The notes beneath the pieces are model-generated. The model saw only the letters and a list, made by a program, of their open reading frames with translations, searched no databases and was not told the DNA's origin. DNA of 64,000 nucleotides from an uncultured Acidobacteriota bacterium (GTDB lineage: Bacteria > Acidobacteriota > Blastocatellia > RBC074): the NCBI GenBank assembly GCA_963796275.1, contig CAWCKY010000007.1, forward strand, positions 192,001 through 256,000, written 5' to 3'. A program made the position numbers and the translations under genes. This document shows positions 40,854 through 53,800 of the stretch, in pieces; the stretch's first letter is position 1, and the number at the start of each line of letters is the position of its first letter.

Positions 40854-42470
40854 TCACTTATTTTTTTTCTGGCTCGATTGTTCCATCACGCAATTGAAAT
40901 TCGCCGCTTCATCAGTACTGCCGCTACCTTTGTAACGGGCTACTTGCGGATAGGGGCAGAGCGGGCGAGTGCGCAGCACTGTAGATTGTGGGCCAGCCCC
41001 CTGCCGTTTTGTGGCGATGACCTTTTCCGGCGCGACGCCCTGTTCCACCCATCGTTCGAGCGCCAGCGTCAGATCATTTTGCGGGTCGGATTGCGTTCCG
41101 GTTACCGTCTGGCCGAAGTTGTCCGGGCCGGGGCCTCCGGCACAATGCTGTACGCCCGGCGCCATAAACAATCGCACGAAGCTGTCCGTCTGCCGCTGCC
41201 CGAGTTTAGCCATTACGCTCTTGAAATAGTTGACGGTGTTCATCGGCGGCAGCGCCGCATCGTTCCAGCCGTGATAGATGATCAACTTACCGCCGCGCGC
41301 GCTGAACGCTTTCAGATTTGGATCGGTCGCATTCAGAATGCGCGCCAGTTTTTCATCCGACAGTTTCCCGTCGCGTTCCAGATCGAAGGATTTATAGTCC
41401 CAGTTCGGGTTGTTATAAACCATATGCTTGAATATTTGCGTGGAGAAAAAGAATTGCAGGGATGAAGCGGGAGTCAGGCCCGTGATCCAGGGAGCCCAAC
41501 CGCCCGGCCCCGTTTCGCCCCCCGGCGTAAAACCGGGAACGATTTGTTCTCTTTTGGCATTGCGCGGCCCTGCATAAATTTTCGTCAGCGCTGCGATCTG
41601 CTTTTCGGTCAGGCACTCGTCGGTTTCCGCACCTTTGCACAACAGGACAGAAGGGGCGAATTCGCATTTCGTCGGATCATCAAGCACTCCATCGGTCACC
41701 CCGTCGCGCGCGTCGCAATTCGCAAGCACGGCGCCCTCGAGTGCTTTCAATTTTTTCGCCGGGATGTAGCTGGCCGGGTCGCTCAGCGTTATCTGCATAT
41801 TCCAGGCAAACCCAGAGAGTATCTGAGTGAACGCATTCGCCGGCGCGCCGGCAATGATCCCATCGTAATCGTTGGGATAGCGTTGCGCCTCCATCAACGC
41901 CTGTCGCCCGCCGTTCGAGCAACTGGCAAAATAAGAACGCTTCGGGCCCTCGCCGTAGAAGGCCTTGACGATCAGCTTGGCTTTGTCGGTCATCTCATGA
42001 ATTCCGCGGTAGCCGTAATCCACCACCTTTTCGGGATGTCCCCCCGCCCAGCTCGCATCGTTCCCCCCGTGCCCCGTGTCGGTTGATGCAGATGCGTATC
42101 CGCGCGCCAACGCGCCGGCGAGACCCGTGTAAGAGATCGAACCGGCGAAGCCGCCGTTTCCTATGCCTTGAAATTTGCCGTTCCAATTCTCGCTCGGCAA
42201 CCAGACTTCGAACTTTATCTCCGAATCTTTCGTCGGTTTGATAATGCCAGCCACGCGGCAAAAGGCCGGCAATTCCTTGTACGGTGCGGCGGAACCCGTT
42301 GCGGGCGTGTATCCCCCCATCACCACTGATTGCGCGGTCGTTATCGTCGTATCCGGCAGTTTCAACTCAGCCAGCCCTTCGCAAGTGGCGGCGGAGACCT
42401 CGCCGAACGCCAGCGCGGCGACCATGGGAGCCAGACAGAACGCAAATAATCGAAGCAGCGGTTTTTTCAT
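40854..42470 (-). CDS. Tannase/feruloyl esterase family alpha/beta hydrolase
   Basis: [51 protein letters not shown]. Confidence 0.93.
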   Translation of the reverse strand: MKKPLLRLFAFCLAPMVAALAFGEVSAATCEGLAELKLPDTTITTAQSVVMGGYTPATGSAAPYKELPAFCRVAGIIKPTKDSEIKFEVWLPSENWNGKFQGIGNGGFAGSISYTGLAGALARGYASASTDTGHGGNDASWAGGHPEKVVDYGYRGIHEMTDKAKLIVKAFYGEGPKRSYFASCSNGGRQALMEAQRYPNDYDGIIAGAPANAFTQILSGFAWNMQITLSDPASYIPAKKLKALEGAVLANCDARDGVTDGVLDDPTKCEFAPSVLLCKGAETDECLTEKQIAALTKIYAGPRNAKREQIVPGFTPGGETGPGGWAPWITGLTPASSLQFFFSTQIFKHMVYNNPNWDYKSFDLERDGKLSDEKLARILNATDPNLKAFSARGGKLIIYHGWNDAALPPMNTVNYFKSVMAKLGQRQTDSFVRLFMAPGVQHCAGGPGPDNFGQTVTGTQSDPQNDLTLALERWVEQGVAPEKVIATKRQGAGPQSTVLRTRPLCPYPQVARYKGSGSTDEAANFNCVMEQSSQKKNK

Positions 42471-42670
42471 TGATTGATCTCCTTAGAAATTGCATGTGCA
42501 GCCCCGCCAACAGGCGGTTGATGTCTTGTTTGGAGGTCCGTCTTGAGGCGGTCAGAGTAAAGCGCCTTTAGACATCCGGAAGATAAAACTCCATGCCATT
42601 CTCCATATGTTTATTGTTTCCGGGTGTCGCGCAGTTTAAATTGGAATAGCGGTCAGAGCGTGCTGAGTAT

Positions 42671-44263
42671 TTACTCGGCCGCGCGCAGCTTCAATACTTT
42701 CAACACCCATTCATCCGGGTCGAGCGCCAGACCCTGCGGTTTGGCGGCGAGCTTGAATGTGAAGCTCTGCGAACGTTCGCTCAAATTTATTATTTCGCGT
42801 TGCGCTGTATTGCCATATTTGAATTCCACTTCGAGCGGCAGTCTGAATACTGTCTGCGCCTGCATCTGCTCGACGTGTAATGTCACCCCTTTTTCATTCC
42901 AGCGCCAGACGGCGTCAAGTTGCGGATAGCCCGGCTCGTAAATCCATTGCTTGAAAAACCAGCCGAGAGGCTGGCCATAATGAAATTCCATCACACGCTG
43001 AAAATCCTCGGTCAGCGCGTTGCCGTTGCGGTAAGTTTTATAATAATCACGAATACCCGAGAAAAATTTTTCATCGCCCAAAATGCGCCTCAGCATATGC
43101 AGCACCCATCCGCCTTTCTGGTAGTTGTTCGCATTGAGCAACTTCATCAGATCGGTGATGGCCGGATCGTATACCGGGCGCGGGTCCTTTGCATATTGAT
43201 TCAGGTAATCCTCTTTGTCCTTCAACATCAACTGCACAAACTTATCCCGGCCATCGAACCGTTCGGCGAACAGATTAGCGAAGTAGGTCGCAAATCCTTC
43301 GCTCAGCCAGAGATGATGCCAGTCTGCTTCGGTCACCGAATCGCCGAACCATTGATGCGCGATCTCGTGCGCGTTCAGGAGCTCGTCGAAGGCGTTCTCT
43401 GCCAGAAAGATGTTGCTCGCATTCTCCATCCCGCCATAGCGCGTCGAGGATTGCACGAGCGCGAGTTTTTCATAGGGATACGGTCCGACCAGATTGGAGA
43501 AGAACTCGATGATCTCGCGCACTCGCCCGTAGCCTGACGCGCCTTTATCGCGGTCCTTCGGAAACAGGTAATAGAACACCGGCACATCAGGGCCGTCTCG
43601 CTGAACTTCGCCGACGTTGATAATGGCGAACTGCGCCGCGCCGATGACCATGCAATAGGTCGGGATCGGCGTCTCTTCGCGCCAATGCGTCAGCTCAGTG
43701 CCGTTCTGCAAGCTGCGTTTTTCGATCAGCCGCCCGTTGGCGATCACATCGTAATCGGCGGGTCCGATGACGATGAATTCGGCCGTCGCTTTATCATAGG
43801 GGTGGTCGATCGCGGGGAACCAGTGGTGCGCTCGGTTCGGCCAGTTATCGGCGAAGAAGGCGAAATCGCCGTATTTGTTTTTACGGATTATCAAACCGTC
43901 GCCAGGTCGCCCGTGGTATTTGATGGAAATGCGGCAGCGGTCGCCGCGCCGGTAACCGCCGCCGAGGGTTACCTTCAGCTTATCGTTCACGTGTGTGAAC
44001 CTGGCCGCGCGCTGCTCTTCCATCACCTGGTCGGTCGTCAGCCCGGCAAAATCGAGCGCGATCTCGCGCACTCCGTCCGCGTTGAACTGGAAGAGAATTT
44101 CGGTCTCGCCCCGCACCTCGTTGCTGTTGGCGGTGAGCGTTAGTTGCAAACGATAATGAATGGCATCGAGAGCGGCGGCGCGCGGATAGGTATCGCCGGC
44201 CGCGGTTGGCGCGGCAATCAAGCAGGAGAGCAAGATCGTCAGCAATCGGAAACGGTATCGCAT
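42671..44263 (-). CDS. M1 family aminopeptidase
   Basis: GGMEN, HEIAHQWFGD..WLSEGFATY, YQKG. Confidence 0.93.
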   Translation of the reverse strand: MRYRFRLLTILLSCLIAAPTAAGDTYPRAAALDAIHYRLQLTLTANSNEVRGETEILFQFNADGVREIALDFAGLTTDQVMEEQRAARFTHVNDKLKVTLGGGYRRGDRCRISIKYHGRPGDGLIIRKNKYGDFAFFADNWPNRAHHWFPAIDHPYDKATAEFIVIGPADYDVIANGRLIEKRSLQNGTELTHWREETPIPTYCMVIGAAQFAIINVGEVQRDGPDVPVFYYLFPKDRDKGASGYGRVREIIEFFSNLVGPYPYEKLALVQSSTRYGGMENASNIFLAENAFDELLNAHEIAHQWFGDSVTEADWHHLWLSEGFATYFANLFAERFDGRDKFVQLMLKDKEDYLNQYAKDPRPVYDPAITDLMKLLNANNYQKGGWVLHMLRRILGDEKFFSGIRDYYKTYRNGNALTEDFQRVMEFHYGQPLGWFFKQWIYEPGYPQLDAVWRWNEKGVTLHVEQMQAQTVFRLPLEVEFKYGNTAQREIINLSERSQSFTFKLAAKPQGLALDPDEWVLKVLKLRAAE

Positions 44264-44271
44264 AGGCTTTG

Positions 44272-45098
44272 TTCAGTTTTCAGTTAACAGTTTTCAGTTT
44301 TCGATCGTGACTGCCTAATCCTACTGTGTAACAAAATTCTCGAATTTCTTGGGAAATTCGCATATGCGATTTGCATACTGCGTCGGGATGACGGAGCCTT
44401 TGGATTGCGGTAGCTTGGGATGCCGCTGGCGAATTCGTTTATTCTGGAGCGCCAGAGGCGCGATATGTTTATAGAATTTTTCATAATAGTGCTCCAGCTT
44501 CGGAGGAGCGGCATATGAAGGCATCATATTTCGCTCCTCCTCCAGAGCTGGAGATATTTACTTGCCATAATCTATAAGCATCTCGCTCCTCCGGAGCTAA
44601 GAGCCGATAATCTTATCTTCTGAATTCGCCCGCGGCATCGCTTGGTACGCTTTGGTAGTCAATTCCTCGTCCCACGCAGTCGCTTAAACTCATCCAGTAG
44701 CCTGCACAACCACTGATTGAGGATTGCTCAGTTGTCCATGAGACAGCCAATAAAGCAATGGACTACCAAAGCGGTACCAAGCGATACTGCTGGCGAATCA
44801 GTACCGCGAGCGGTAGCGAGCGTGACTTCCGGCGTAAATCCTTTGCGAGAGCCACGCTCGCTACCGCTCGCGGTACTGATTTGCTGTCCAAAACGAATTC
44901 ACCAGCGGCATCCCAAGCCAAGCCAAGCTACCGCACTCCAAAAAGGCTCCGCCACCTCTGAAAATCAGTTGAACATGTCTCGATTTCCGAAGAAATCGAG
45001 GAGTTTTGTGACACAGTAGCGCTAACTGAATACTGAATACTGAATACTGAATACTGAATACTGAATACTAAAAACTGAAAACTGAAAACTGAAAACTA
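44272..45098. mobile_element. Composite nested MITE/REP structure flanked by inverted heptamer repeats
   Basis: (TTCAGTT)n on the left, (TACTGAA/AACTGAA)n on the right; imperfect ~45-bp TIRs CTACTGTGTMACAAAA at 44321 and 45019; two inner GATGCCGCTGGYGAAT-framed units carrying different REP arrays. Confidence 0.75.
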
Positions 45099-45106
45099 TT
45101 TTTGCA

Positions 45107-46471
45107 TCAACGCGTGTATCTGCCGCTGGGCATCCTGACCGGACCGGGATTGAAAAATTTCTCTGGCGCCATCGCCCCATCCTTTTTAAACACCATGCCA
45201 TTCTTCATGACAAACTGCACATTGCGCAGGGCGTCGATATCCGTGAGCGGATCGCCCGTTACGCCTATCAAATCGGCGAAGAGGCCGGGTTTGATGGGGC
45301 CGCGCTCTTTGATGATGTCGGCGGCCCTGTAACCGTTGATTGTGATTGCTCGCAGGATGTCGGCTGGAGGAATTCTCGCCGCTTTCCAAGTGTCCAAAAA
45401 AGCGATGGTCAGATCGCCGCGGGTCATCCATTCGCCGGTCTTCTCGTCCTTCATCCGCTCGTTCCAATAATCGAGGTCGGTCGAGAAGGTCAGCGGAACC
45501 TTCTTCTCCCAGGCGTCGCGCAGCTTGGCCACCGTTTGTTTGAAGGCGCTCTCGCTGCCGCGATATTTGGTGAATGGGGTGTCGGTGCCCGCAAGAAAGA
45601 TGCCCTTCTCGGCCATCTGGCGGTGGTGCTCGGGCGTCAGCGCATTGCCGTGACCGATGATGTGTATGCCCGCGTCGATCGCCCGCTGCGCTCCTTCGGG
45701 AGTCTGCACGTGTCCTTCGACTTTGCAGCCGCCTTTGGCTGCCTCGCCGATGGCCAGCTTGATGTCTTCGACCGAATATCCCCACGGCTTGCAATCGATG
45801 CAGAGCTTGATGGTCCGTGCGCCAAACAACATGTTCTCCCGAACGGCGCGGACGATCTCGTCGCGGCTGTTGGCGTCAATATATTCCGGGTAGACGATGT
45901 TGTGCTGTTTGTACATTTCCGGCGTAGGCCAGAACTGTCCGCCCGTTCCTCCGATGATTATGCCCGATGGAATCACGGTCGGCCCCGGCAACCAGCCCTG
46001 CTCGATGGCTTGACGCAGCGCAGTATCGGAATAAAGCGCATTGTTGCCCACATCGCGTATCACGGTGAAACCAGAATTGAGCAGTTGAATGCCGTTTGAC
46101 GCGGCCTGGATCGCGCGCAACGGCGTCGAATCCATCACGTAGGTCAGGTAATAGTAATTGTTCTCCGGCTGCTCCTTGTAGGTTATCGCCATGTGCGTGT
46201 GCGCATCGACGAGACCGGGCAGAATCGTGAGCCCCGACAGATCGATGACCTTCGCCTCAGCGGGGATGGTCAGATTTGCGCCGACCGCCCTGATCCTTTC
46301 GCCTTCGACTAGAATGATTTGATTGGTGGACGCCGTCCCGGTCTCCGGATCTACGAGGCGGCCTGCCTTGATGGCGGTGACGGCAGCGGTTTGCGTGGGC
46401 GTCTGTGCGGCGGTTACTCCTGCCAATAGACCCACCATTAACAGACATAAAGCGACCGTTCGTTTCTTCAT
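45107..46471 (-). CDS. Secreted metal-dependent amidohydrolase (Xaa-Pro dipeptidase-like)
   Basis: LPGLVDAHTH, GFTVIRDVG, KVEGH, FSTD, IKPGLFADLIGV. Confidence 0.9.
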   Translation of the reverse strand: MKKRTVALCLLMVGLLAGVTAAQTPTQTAAVTAIKAGRLVDPETGTASTNQIILVEGERIRAVGANLTIPAEAKVIDLSGLTILPGLVDAHTHMAITYKEQPENNYYYLTYVMDSTPLRAIQAASNGIQLLNSGFTVIRDVGNNALYSDTALRQAIEQGWLPGPTVIPSGIIIGGTGGQFWPTPEMYKQHNIVYPEYIDANSRDEIVRAVRENMLFGARTIKLCIDCKPWGYSVEDIKLAIGEAAKGGCKVEGHVQTPEGAQRAIDAGIHIIGHGNALTPEHHRQMAEKGIFLAGTDTPFTKYRGSESAFKQTVAKLRDAWEKKVPLTFSTDLDYWNERMKDEKTGEWMTRGDLTIAFLDTWKAARIPPADILRAITINGYRAADIIKERGPIKPGLFADLIGVTGDPLTDIDALRNVQFVMKNGMVFKKDGAMAPEKFFNPGPVRMPSGRYTR

Positions 46472-46563
46472 CAATTCATCCTCTCTATAAAATGGGGAGC
46501 ACGCGGTGAGTCTTTTTTATCGCCTTTCCTCGTGTTCCCCAGTCTCCTCGCCGTCGAATGGGC

Positions 46564-47682
46564 TTAGACCTTCTCCCATTGGCGCGATTTCGCCGAACGC
46601 TCGATGGCGTCGAGCACGCGTTGGTTCTTCACGCCGTCGTCGAAGTTGGGCGCCGGCGTTTTGCGCTCGGCGACAGCCCTGAGCAGGTCATAAACCGTAT
46701 GAGTGAACGTGTGCTCGTAGCCGATGATGTGACCCGGCGGCCACCACGCGCCCAGGTACGGGTGCGCCGCATCGGTCGCCAGAACCGTTTTGAATCCGCT
46801 GTTAGCGCCTTCCTCTTTATAAACCTCCAATTCGTTCATCCGTTCGAGATCGAATACGATGCTTCCTTTGCTGCCGTTGATCTCGAAGCGGTTGTAGTTT
46901 TTGCGTCCCGTGGCGAAGCGCGTGCCTTCTATCGAACCGATTGCGCCGCTGCGGAACTTGACGAGCGAGAGCGCGGCGTCATCCACGTCGACTTTTCCCA
47001 TCAGTTTTTTGTTATCGGGCATCGGGCGTTCTTTGATAAATGTCTTGAGCAACCCCGAGACTTCAGTGATCTCACCCACCAGATACCGCGCCAGATCGAT
47101 CGAATGAGATGCGATGTCGCCGAGCGCGCCGGAGCCCGCCACCGATTTTTGCAAGCGCCAGACGCGGGGGAACTTCGGATCGACGATCCAATCCTGCAGG
47201 TATGTGCCGCGATAATGATATATCTCGCCGATCTCGCCCGCTTCGATCATCTGTTTGGCGAGCGCGACGGCGGGGGCGCGGCGGTAGTTGTGACAGACCA
47301 TGTGAACGACGCGATTCTTTTTGACCGCATCGAGCATCGACTCGGCCTCTTTCAGCGTATTGGCCAGCGGCTTTTCGCAGAAGACCGTCTTTTTGGCTTC
47401 CGCCGCGGCGATTGCCTGCGACTTGTGAGCATCGCCAGGTGAGCAGATGTCGATCAGGTCAATGTCATCGCGCTCTATAATCCGCTGCCAATCGGTCTCA
47501 TGCTCTTCCCAGCCGAGCGCATCGGCGGCCCTTTTGACCGCATTTTTATTGCGGCCGCAGATGACTTTCATCACCGGCTCGACGGGCGTGTCGAAGAAAC
47601 GCGTGACCTGCCGCCACGCGTTGCTATGGGCGCGGCCCATAAATTGATAACCGATCATCGCAACGTTGATCTTCTTTTTCAT
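46564..47682 (-). CDS. Gfo/Idh/MocA family oxidoreductase
   Basis: [42 protein letters not shown]. Confidence 0.92.
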   Translation of the reverse strand: MKKKINVAMIGYQFMGRAHSNAWRQVTRFFDTPVEPVMKVICGRNKNAVKRAADALGWEEHETDWQRIIERDDIDLIDICSPGDAHKSQAIAAAEAKKTVFCEKPLANTLKEAESMLDAVKKNRVVHMVCHNYRRAPAVALAKQMIEAGEIGEIYHYRGTYLQDWIVDPKFPRVWRLQKSVAGSGALGDIASHSIDLARYLVGEITEVSGLLKTFIKERPMPDNKKLMGKVDVDDAALSLVKFRSGAIGSIEGTRFATGRKNYNRFEINGSKGSIVFDLERMNELEVYKEEGANSGFKTVLATDAAHPYLGAWWPPGHIIGYEHTFTHTVYDLLRAVAERKTPAPNFDDGVKNQRVLDAIERSAKSRQWEKV

Positions 47683-47736
47683 AGCTAATTTCAGATTGTC
47701 CGAAGCAGAGCGCAGTTCGGTTTTGGCAATGTTCAT

Positions 47737-50406
47737 TTACCACCCGATCTGCAATGTGAATCGGAAAGTTCTCCCTTCGTTCAGTGTATTGGTAATTGCC
47801 CCGAAGTTCGGGTTCGCCAACTCGAACCCCGGCTCTGCGAATTGGGGCGTATTGAAGAGGTTGATGGATTCGGCGCGGAAGGTGAGCCGCAAATCTTTTT
47901 TGATCCCCCACGAACGCTGGAGCGACGCGTTGACATTGCGGATCGGGCCTTTGCGAAAGATATTGCGGCCCAGGGTCCCGCGCGCATCGGCCGGATTGAT
48001 GAATTGAAATGCCGAACGCGGCAGTAATTGTTTCGAGGTGTCGGGATTGGCGATTGTACGACCGAGAATCGAGGGGTCGAGCAGGTTCGGGCGATCACCC
48101 CCGTTGCCGTCGACGTTGCCGAAGCCGGGGCCGTCTGAGCCGCTGGCGATGCTGAATGGAATGCCGCTCTTTACCAGAACCACCGTTGAAACATTCCATC
48201 CATCAATGAGAGTCGACATCGAGCGCGGCAATTTCGAGGTGCGGATCAGGTAACTCGCGCGCCACAAAAACGCATGCGTCTGGTCGAAATCGCTCGGCCC
48301 TTTCATATCGCGTTGCGTTTCATACTCGTCCTGGCTGCGCCCTTTGCGCGAATCGATTTCGTTGGCTGTGTTGGTATAACTGCTGCCCAGGTCGATCGCC
48401 TTGCTGAACCAATACGAGGCGTCAACACTCAAGCCCTTCCAACCCGGCAGAACGAGCGAAATTCGCGCCGCGTCGAAATAGCCGCGTGAGGCGTTCATCA
48501 CGAGGCGATAATCGGCGATGTTCGGGTCGGGTCGGCGTTGATTGATCGTCGCCGTCGTCTGGGGAATGCCCTGTGCCGGGTGCGCGCGGTTCAGGTACCA
48601 CATAGAAAACAATTTGTGCGAACGGCTGCCGACGTAGCCGAATTGTAAACGAGCGCTCTTGTTCCATTCCGGCTCCCAACTCAGGTTGTACTGATGCGAA
48701 TAAGGCGTGGCCAGCTCCGGGTCGAGCGCATAGATGGTCGGGCGGGCCAATGAAACCGCGGATCCCGCTCCGTCTCCGGTACCGAGAGGATCGAGCAGAT
48801 CCGGCGCAGTGACGACGATCTTATTGTTGAGCGGAGGGCTGAAGCGAATCTGTTGATACGTGACGAAAAAAATCTCGCCGAAATGCGCACCGTAGGCTCC
48901 GCGCAGGACGCCGAGGTTTTTCGCCAACCGGAACGCGAATCCGAAGGACGGCGCGAGATTGTTCCAGTCGCCGTCGTAAGGAATCACATTACGATTGTTG
49001 ACTTCGGTCGGTTTGGTCGCCGGCTGCCAGCGCAGGCTGAATAGCAGATTTAGCCGCGGTGTAACCTGGAACCTGTCGCCCGCATATAACTGGGGTTCCC
49101 ACAACCGGAAGCCGCGATGAACATCGCCGATGGAAACGATGTATTGCGACGGCCGGCCCCGCCGCAGATTGGTAACGGCGTCTACGCCGAAATCGTTGGC
49201 AAATGAGAAAAATCCGCGATGCACGTCCGTCTCTCTCCCGTTAATCTGACGCCGCGTGAGGCCGAATCCGGCCGACCATTCGTGCGATCCCTGCGTGCGG
49301 CGAATGTTCGCGGCCGTTCGAATCTGATTCTGTGCGCGGTCGAGCGGGATGGTCCCATCCGGCCCCAGACTGGTCAGCCCCGAAGGAGAGACGAATGGAC
49401 CGACGGCGTTCTCATCGGGCAGCAGTAAAGAGGTCAATCGGTCATAGCCGATGGAGAAGGTTGTGATCGTCCTGGCGTCCCAACTTCGCGTCCAGACGAT
49501 TCGCGCCAGGTGCGATTTCGTATCGGTGTCGGGGTTCTGTCCGGCTACAAGCTGGAACGCGTTGACGCTCTGCGAAGTGAACTGGTATTGCAGCGCGATG
49601 GCGTCCTTGCCTCCGATGTTCTGATCGAGACGAAGATTCGCCTGATTGTTGTTGATCGATTGGGGAGCATTGGTGTTCAATGCGCGCGGGTCGATATCGG
49701 TGCGGTTCGGCAGATCCTTCGGGTACGCGTTAAGAAATCTGGCGACCAGGGCGCGTGTCGCCGGATCGGTCGCAAGCGGCGTGAGTTCGTCCGGCCTCGG
49801 GACGAGTACATTGCCATTGACGCTGCCGCGAATTTTTAGTTGAGAAGCATCGATGAAGAGTTTGGCGCTGCGCCAGGGGCTGATACCGAAATTAAACCCG
49901 TAATCGTTTTCGCGCGCCGGTTTCACGCCGCCGGCTTGAAAGAACGATCGTGCGCTGGTGACGCTATTGAGATGCGATAAGTACAGCCGGCCGTGAAATC
50001 CTGATTTGATCGGCCCCGGAATAACAATTGATGATTTCGGGGCGTTGCCGAATTCGGCTCCGAAATAGCTGTTGGCCGGATCGAACTCGCGAACGATGGT
50101 GGCTGTCGTGCCGAGCCTGACGTTCAAGTCTTTGAGTGCGTTGTTATTGACCAGGTTGAACTGGATATTTTCATTGCGGCGGCTTTCACCCTCAGCGGCG
50201 TCTGTCTTGCCGAGCAGGTTCAACTCGATGCGCTTGTTCGATTCGGGTTGTTTGTTTTCGATCTCGGCCGCTTTTTCGCCGTTGGGTTTTTTCTGTAGTG
50301 GTCGCGCGGGTTTCTGTCGCGCGCCGGCCGAGAGGGCGAGCAGCCCAATCGCGGTGGAAACAAACGCCGTGCGCACGAGCCCCCTATAAAATGAAGTTGA
50401 AGACAT
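47737..50406 (-). CDS. TonB-dependent-receptor-like barrel lacking the N-terminal carboxypeptidase-like domain
   Basis: [31 protein letters not shown]-terminal [11 protein letters not shown]; atypical N-terminus. Confidence 0.8.
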   Translation of the reverse strand: MSSTSFYRGLVRTAFVSTAIGLLALSAGARQKPARPLQKKPNGEKAAEIENKQPESNKRIELNLLGKTDAAEGESRRNENIQFNLVNNNALKDLNVRLGTTATIVREFDPANSYFGAEFGNAPKSSIVIPGPIKSGFHGRLYLSHLNSVTSARSFFQAGGVKPARENDYGFNFGISPWRSAKLFIDASQLKIRGSVNGNVLVPRPDELTPLATDPATRALVARFLNAYPKDLPNRTDIDPRALNTNAPQSINNNQANLRLDQNIGGKDAIALQYQFTSQSVNAFQLVAGQNPDTDTKSHLARIVWTRSWDARTITTFSIGYDRLTSLLLPDENAVGPFVSPSGLTSLGPDGTIPLDRAQNQIRTAANIRRTQGSHEWSAGFGLTRRQINGRETDVHRGFFSFANDFGVDAVTNLRRGRPSQYIVSIGDVHRGFRLWEPQLYAGDRFQVTPRLNLLFSLRWQPATKPTEVNNRNVIPYDGDWNNLAPSFGFAFRLAKNLGVLRGAYGAHFGEIFFVTYQQIRFSPPLNNKIVVTAPDLLDPLGTGDGAGSAVSLARPTIYALDPELATPYSHQYNLSWEPEWNKSARLQFGYVGSRSHKLFSMWYLNRAHPAQGIPQTTATINQRRPDPNIADYRLVMNASRGYFDAARISLVLPGWKGLSVDASYWFSKAIDLGSSYTNTANEIDSRKGRSQDEYETQRDMKGPSDFDQTHAFLWRASYLIRTSKLPRSMSTLIDGWNVSTVVLVKSGIPFSIASGSDGPGFGNVDGNGGDRPNLLDPSILGRTIANPDTSKQLLPRSAFQFINPADARGTLGRNIFRKGPIRNVNASLQRSWGIKKDLRLTFRAESINLFNTPQFAEPGFELANPNFGAITNTLNEGRTFRFTLQIGW

Positions 50407-50871
50407 TGAGTGACTATATCTTTCAAGAAAAATAAAACCGCGAAGAGACGAAGAAGATCGGGGCTCGAGGATCGCCAGGGCGCGCTTATCATTCCATTAA
50501 CTTCGATCTTTGAATCCGCTTCGTCCTTTGGTTGTCCATAATCGTGATATGCAAAAAAAAGATATGCGTTGCATACTCTCCCCGAAAATCCCAATGCTGT
50601 CAATCTTTCATTGATTTGCACTCTTCAGATAATAAAACCACGAGGAATCGAACAGGTGACTTCGCGCTCCACTCCTTGCTATTTTCTTTGCGCTACGTTG
50701 GGGGGGAGCTGCCTACCAAACTACTTACAAAATCCGCGGTAGTCAGGAGATTTGAATTAGACTCGACATTCGATCAGCAAATCTCAAATCGAACATCTCA
50801 AATCCCGGAAGCGCCTCTGCGGTGAATAAGCATTACGCCATTCGTACTCCGGACTACTTCTCTCCTATATT

Positions 50872-53800
50872 TCAAAACTCCAATTTCAATCCGAACTGAA
50901 TCTCGCGCGGACGGCCTGCCGTCGTGATCGTTCCGAACTGCGGCATATTCACATTGAAGCTCCGGTTCGGCTGCCCGAAGTTGACATTATTGAGGGCGTT
51001 GAAGAATTCGGCGCGGAGCTGCAAATTGACCCTCTCGCTCAATCTGTTGTTCTTCGACAGGCTGATGTCCCACGACTTGTAACCTGGACCGGAGAGGATA
51101 TTACGCCCCGCGCTGCCGTATCGCAGATTGTCGGCCGGCACGAGTGCGAAGGTAGCAGTCCCGCCGCCGCAGGCCGGATTGCGTGGGTCGACGATGTAGC
51201 AGTTCGGATTCCCCGGATTGATCTGCGGCTGACCAATCAAGTCCGGGCGGTCGCCGGCCAACCCATCGCCGTTTTGATCGCCCGACATCAACACGCTGAC
51301 CGGAAAGCCGCTCTGGAATTGCGTGATGCCGCTCACATCCCAGCCGCCGACAATCCAGTTGGCCGCGGAGGGCAGACCGTTGAGAAACGCCTTGTTCTTG
51401 CCGAACGGCAACTCATAGACGTAGCTGACGACGAAGCGATGCCGGATGTCGAAGCCCGAACGGCCGCGGAAGTAGCCGATCAGATCGCGCGGATTGCCGC
51501 CTTCGAAGCCTCCGCCGCGATCACCGTTGCCGCGTTCGCTCGATATGTCGATTGCCTTCGACCAGGTGTAAGAAGCCAGGAACTGAAGGCCTGACGAAAA
51601 CCTCTTCTGGGCTTTCGTCAGCAGCGCGTGGTAGTTCGACGTGACGAAGGAGTTCAAGCTCAAGGCCGTGCCCCAGCGAGGGAAGGGGCGCCGCGCTGCC
51701 ACCGTCGTCGCCGGTCCGGGTGTCGGGATGTTGAAGAAGATCAATTCAGTCAGCTTTGTGCCTTTGTTGCCGACGTAACTTACGTCAACCCCGATCCCGC
51801 CTGGCAGTTGGCGCTGCACGGACAGGTTCCACTGCTGCACATAACCTTCGCGGAATTTCGAGTCGATGTTCTGCGTGCCGATGACCGATGGAGCCGTGGC
51901 ATTACTGAACGGATCTGCGAGATCGATCGGCGCAGCCGACGAGATGATCTGCTGCGTCTCGGCGAACGGCGGCTGGCGGCGGTTGATCACGAAGTTGTTG
52001 ATGAAGTTTTGCGAGTTGGTGAAGAATATGCCGTACCCGCCGCGAACGACCGTCTTATCGTTCGCGCTGTAGGCGAATCCAACGCGCGGCGCGAAGTTAT
52101 TACGGTCCGCTTCGTACAGCGCGCGTGCCGCTACGCCGTCCAATCCGAGAATGCTTTCGGCCTCATCGCTGTTGGCGACGATGATCTGCCCCTGCTGCCC
52201 CTGCTGCCCCTGCCCCGTGCCATATGCGTTGGTCAGCGGGTAGAAGGTCGAGCGCCGATCGAGATTGTCGACGAGCGGGCTGACGTACTCGTAGCGCAGC
52301 CCCAGAGTGAGAGATAACTTGGGCGAGATTTTCCAATCGTCGTTGAAGTAGTAGGAATGCCACCACGAGCGTCCCGTCTCGACTCCATTGCCGACCACCC
52401 GTTGCCCCGAGAACGGCAATCCCAGCAGGAAATCGGCGAATGGGTGGCCGGTGAAATCGCCGCGAAAGACGAACTGGCCGCGGCGAAAACCGGTGATCGG
52501 CCCCGGTGTATTCTGCTGGAATCGCGTCAGACTGAAGCCCTGCTTGAGCGAATGATCGCCCTTCGTCCAGGTGATTGCACCGGCGTAGTTGAATTCATTC
52601 GACACGTCTTTCTGCGGTACGAAATCGCCGTCGCCGTAGGGCGTCAGCGTTATGCCCTGGAACGCGAAGGTCGGCGCGCCCTCGAATCGCGATCCGGGGA
52701 TGGGATTGTTTATCCCGAATTGTCGGTAAAAGCCTTCATCGCCGGTGTTAACGCTCTCGGCTACGAAGAGCGAACGCGTGAACGAGAAGCGAAACTCGCC
52801 CAGCAGATTCGGCTTGAAGATGTGCGTGTGATTGATCGCCGCGACCTCATTGATCGGAGGATTGATGTTCTCGAAGCCCGGCAGCAGCGGCGTCACTGTG
52901 AATGCGCCGGTCGCCGCGACGAACTCGGTCCGCGCCGACCGCGTGTAGCGGACGTTGATACGGTCTTTCTCCGAAAATTGATGATCCACTTTCGCCGTGT
53001 ACTGATCATCGTCGACCTCGTTCGGATGCGTCACCAGCAGGTTGTTGACCGCGAGCCCCGGCGTGCCGGCGTTCGGTTTGGCCCATAAACCCAGTGCTGC
53101 CCTGGCCGTCTGATGAATACGCTCGACGGGGATCCGATTGCCTGAGAATTGAAGGTCGGGGTTTTGCGGATCTCGCAATATCAATCCGTCTATGCCTGAA
53201 AAGTCGCCCTCCCGCCACGATTCGGGCGGCACGCTGGCGAATGCCTCGACTCCGCGCCGCTCGCGCAAACCTTCATAGTTGAAGAGGAAGAATGTGCGGT
53301 TCTTGATGATGGGACCGCCGATAGTGCCGCCGAACTGATTACGGTTGAGCTGGCCGCGTTTGGGCAGAAAGAAATTGCGCGCGTCGAGCTCGTCGTTGCG
53401 AAGGAATTCGAAGACCGAGCCGTGGAACTGGTTAGTCCCGGATTTGGTGACGAGCGTGATCTGTCCGAACGCGGCCTGGCCGAATTCGGCGGAGTACGAA
53501 TTGGTCTGAACTTTGAATTCCTGGATCACGTCGATCGAGGGGCGCAGCGCGACGTTGCCGAATTGGCGCGCGTTGTTGGCAGCGCCGTCAATCGTGAAGT
53601 TGTTGTGTGCGTCGCGCCCACCGATCGCCACGCCGGAGCCGAGGCTGCCGCTGGCCGCGCCGGTCGTTAAATCGAAGCCGCCCGGCCGCGTCACCGCGCC
53701 GGGCGTCAACAAGATCAACTGGGAGAAGTCGCGGCCGTTGAGGGGAATCTGAGTCGTATAGCGATTGTCGATCACCTGTCCGACCGACGCGCTTTCTGTC

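Noticed and set aside
45024-45098. Possible CRISPR array
   Set aside because: Pure heptamer tandem repeat with no spacers and no cas genes in the window.
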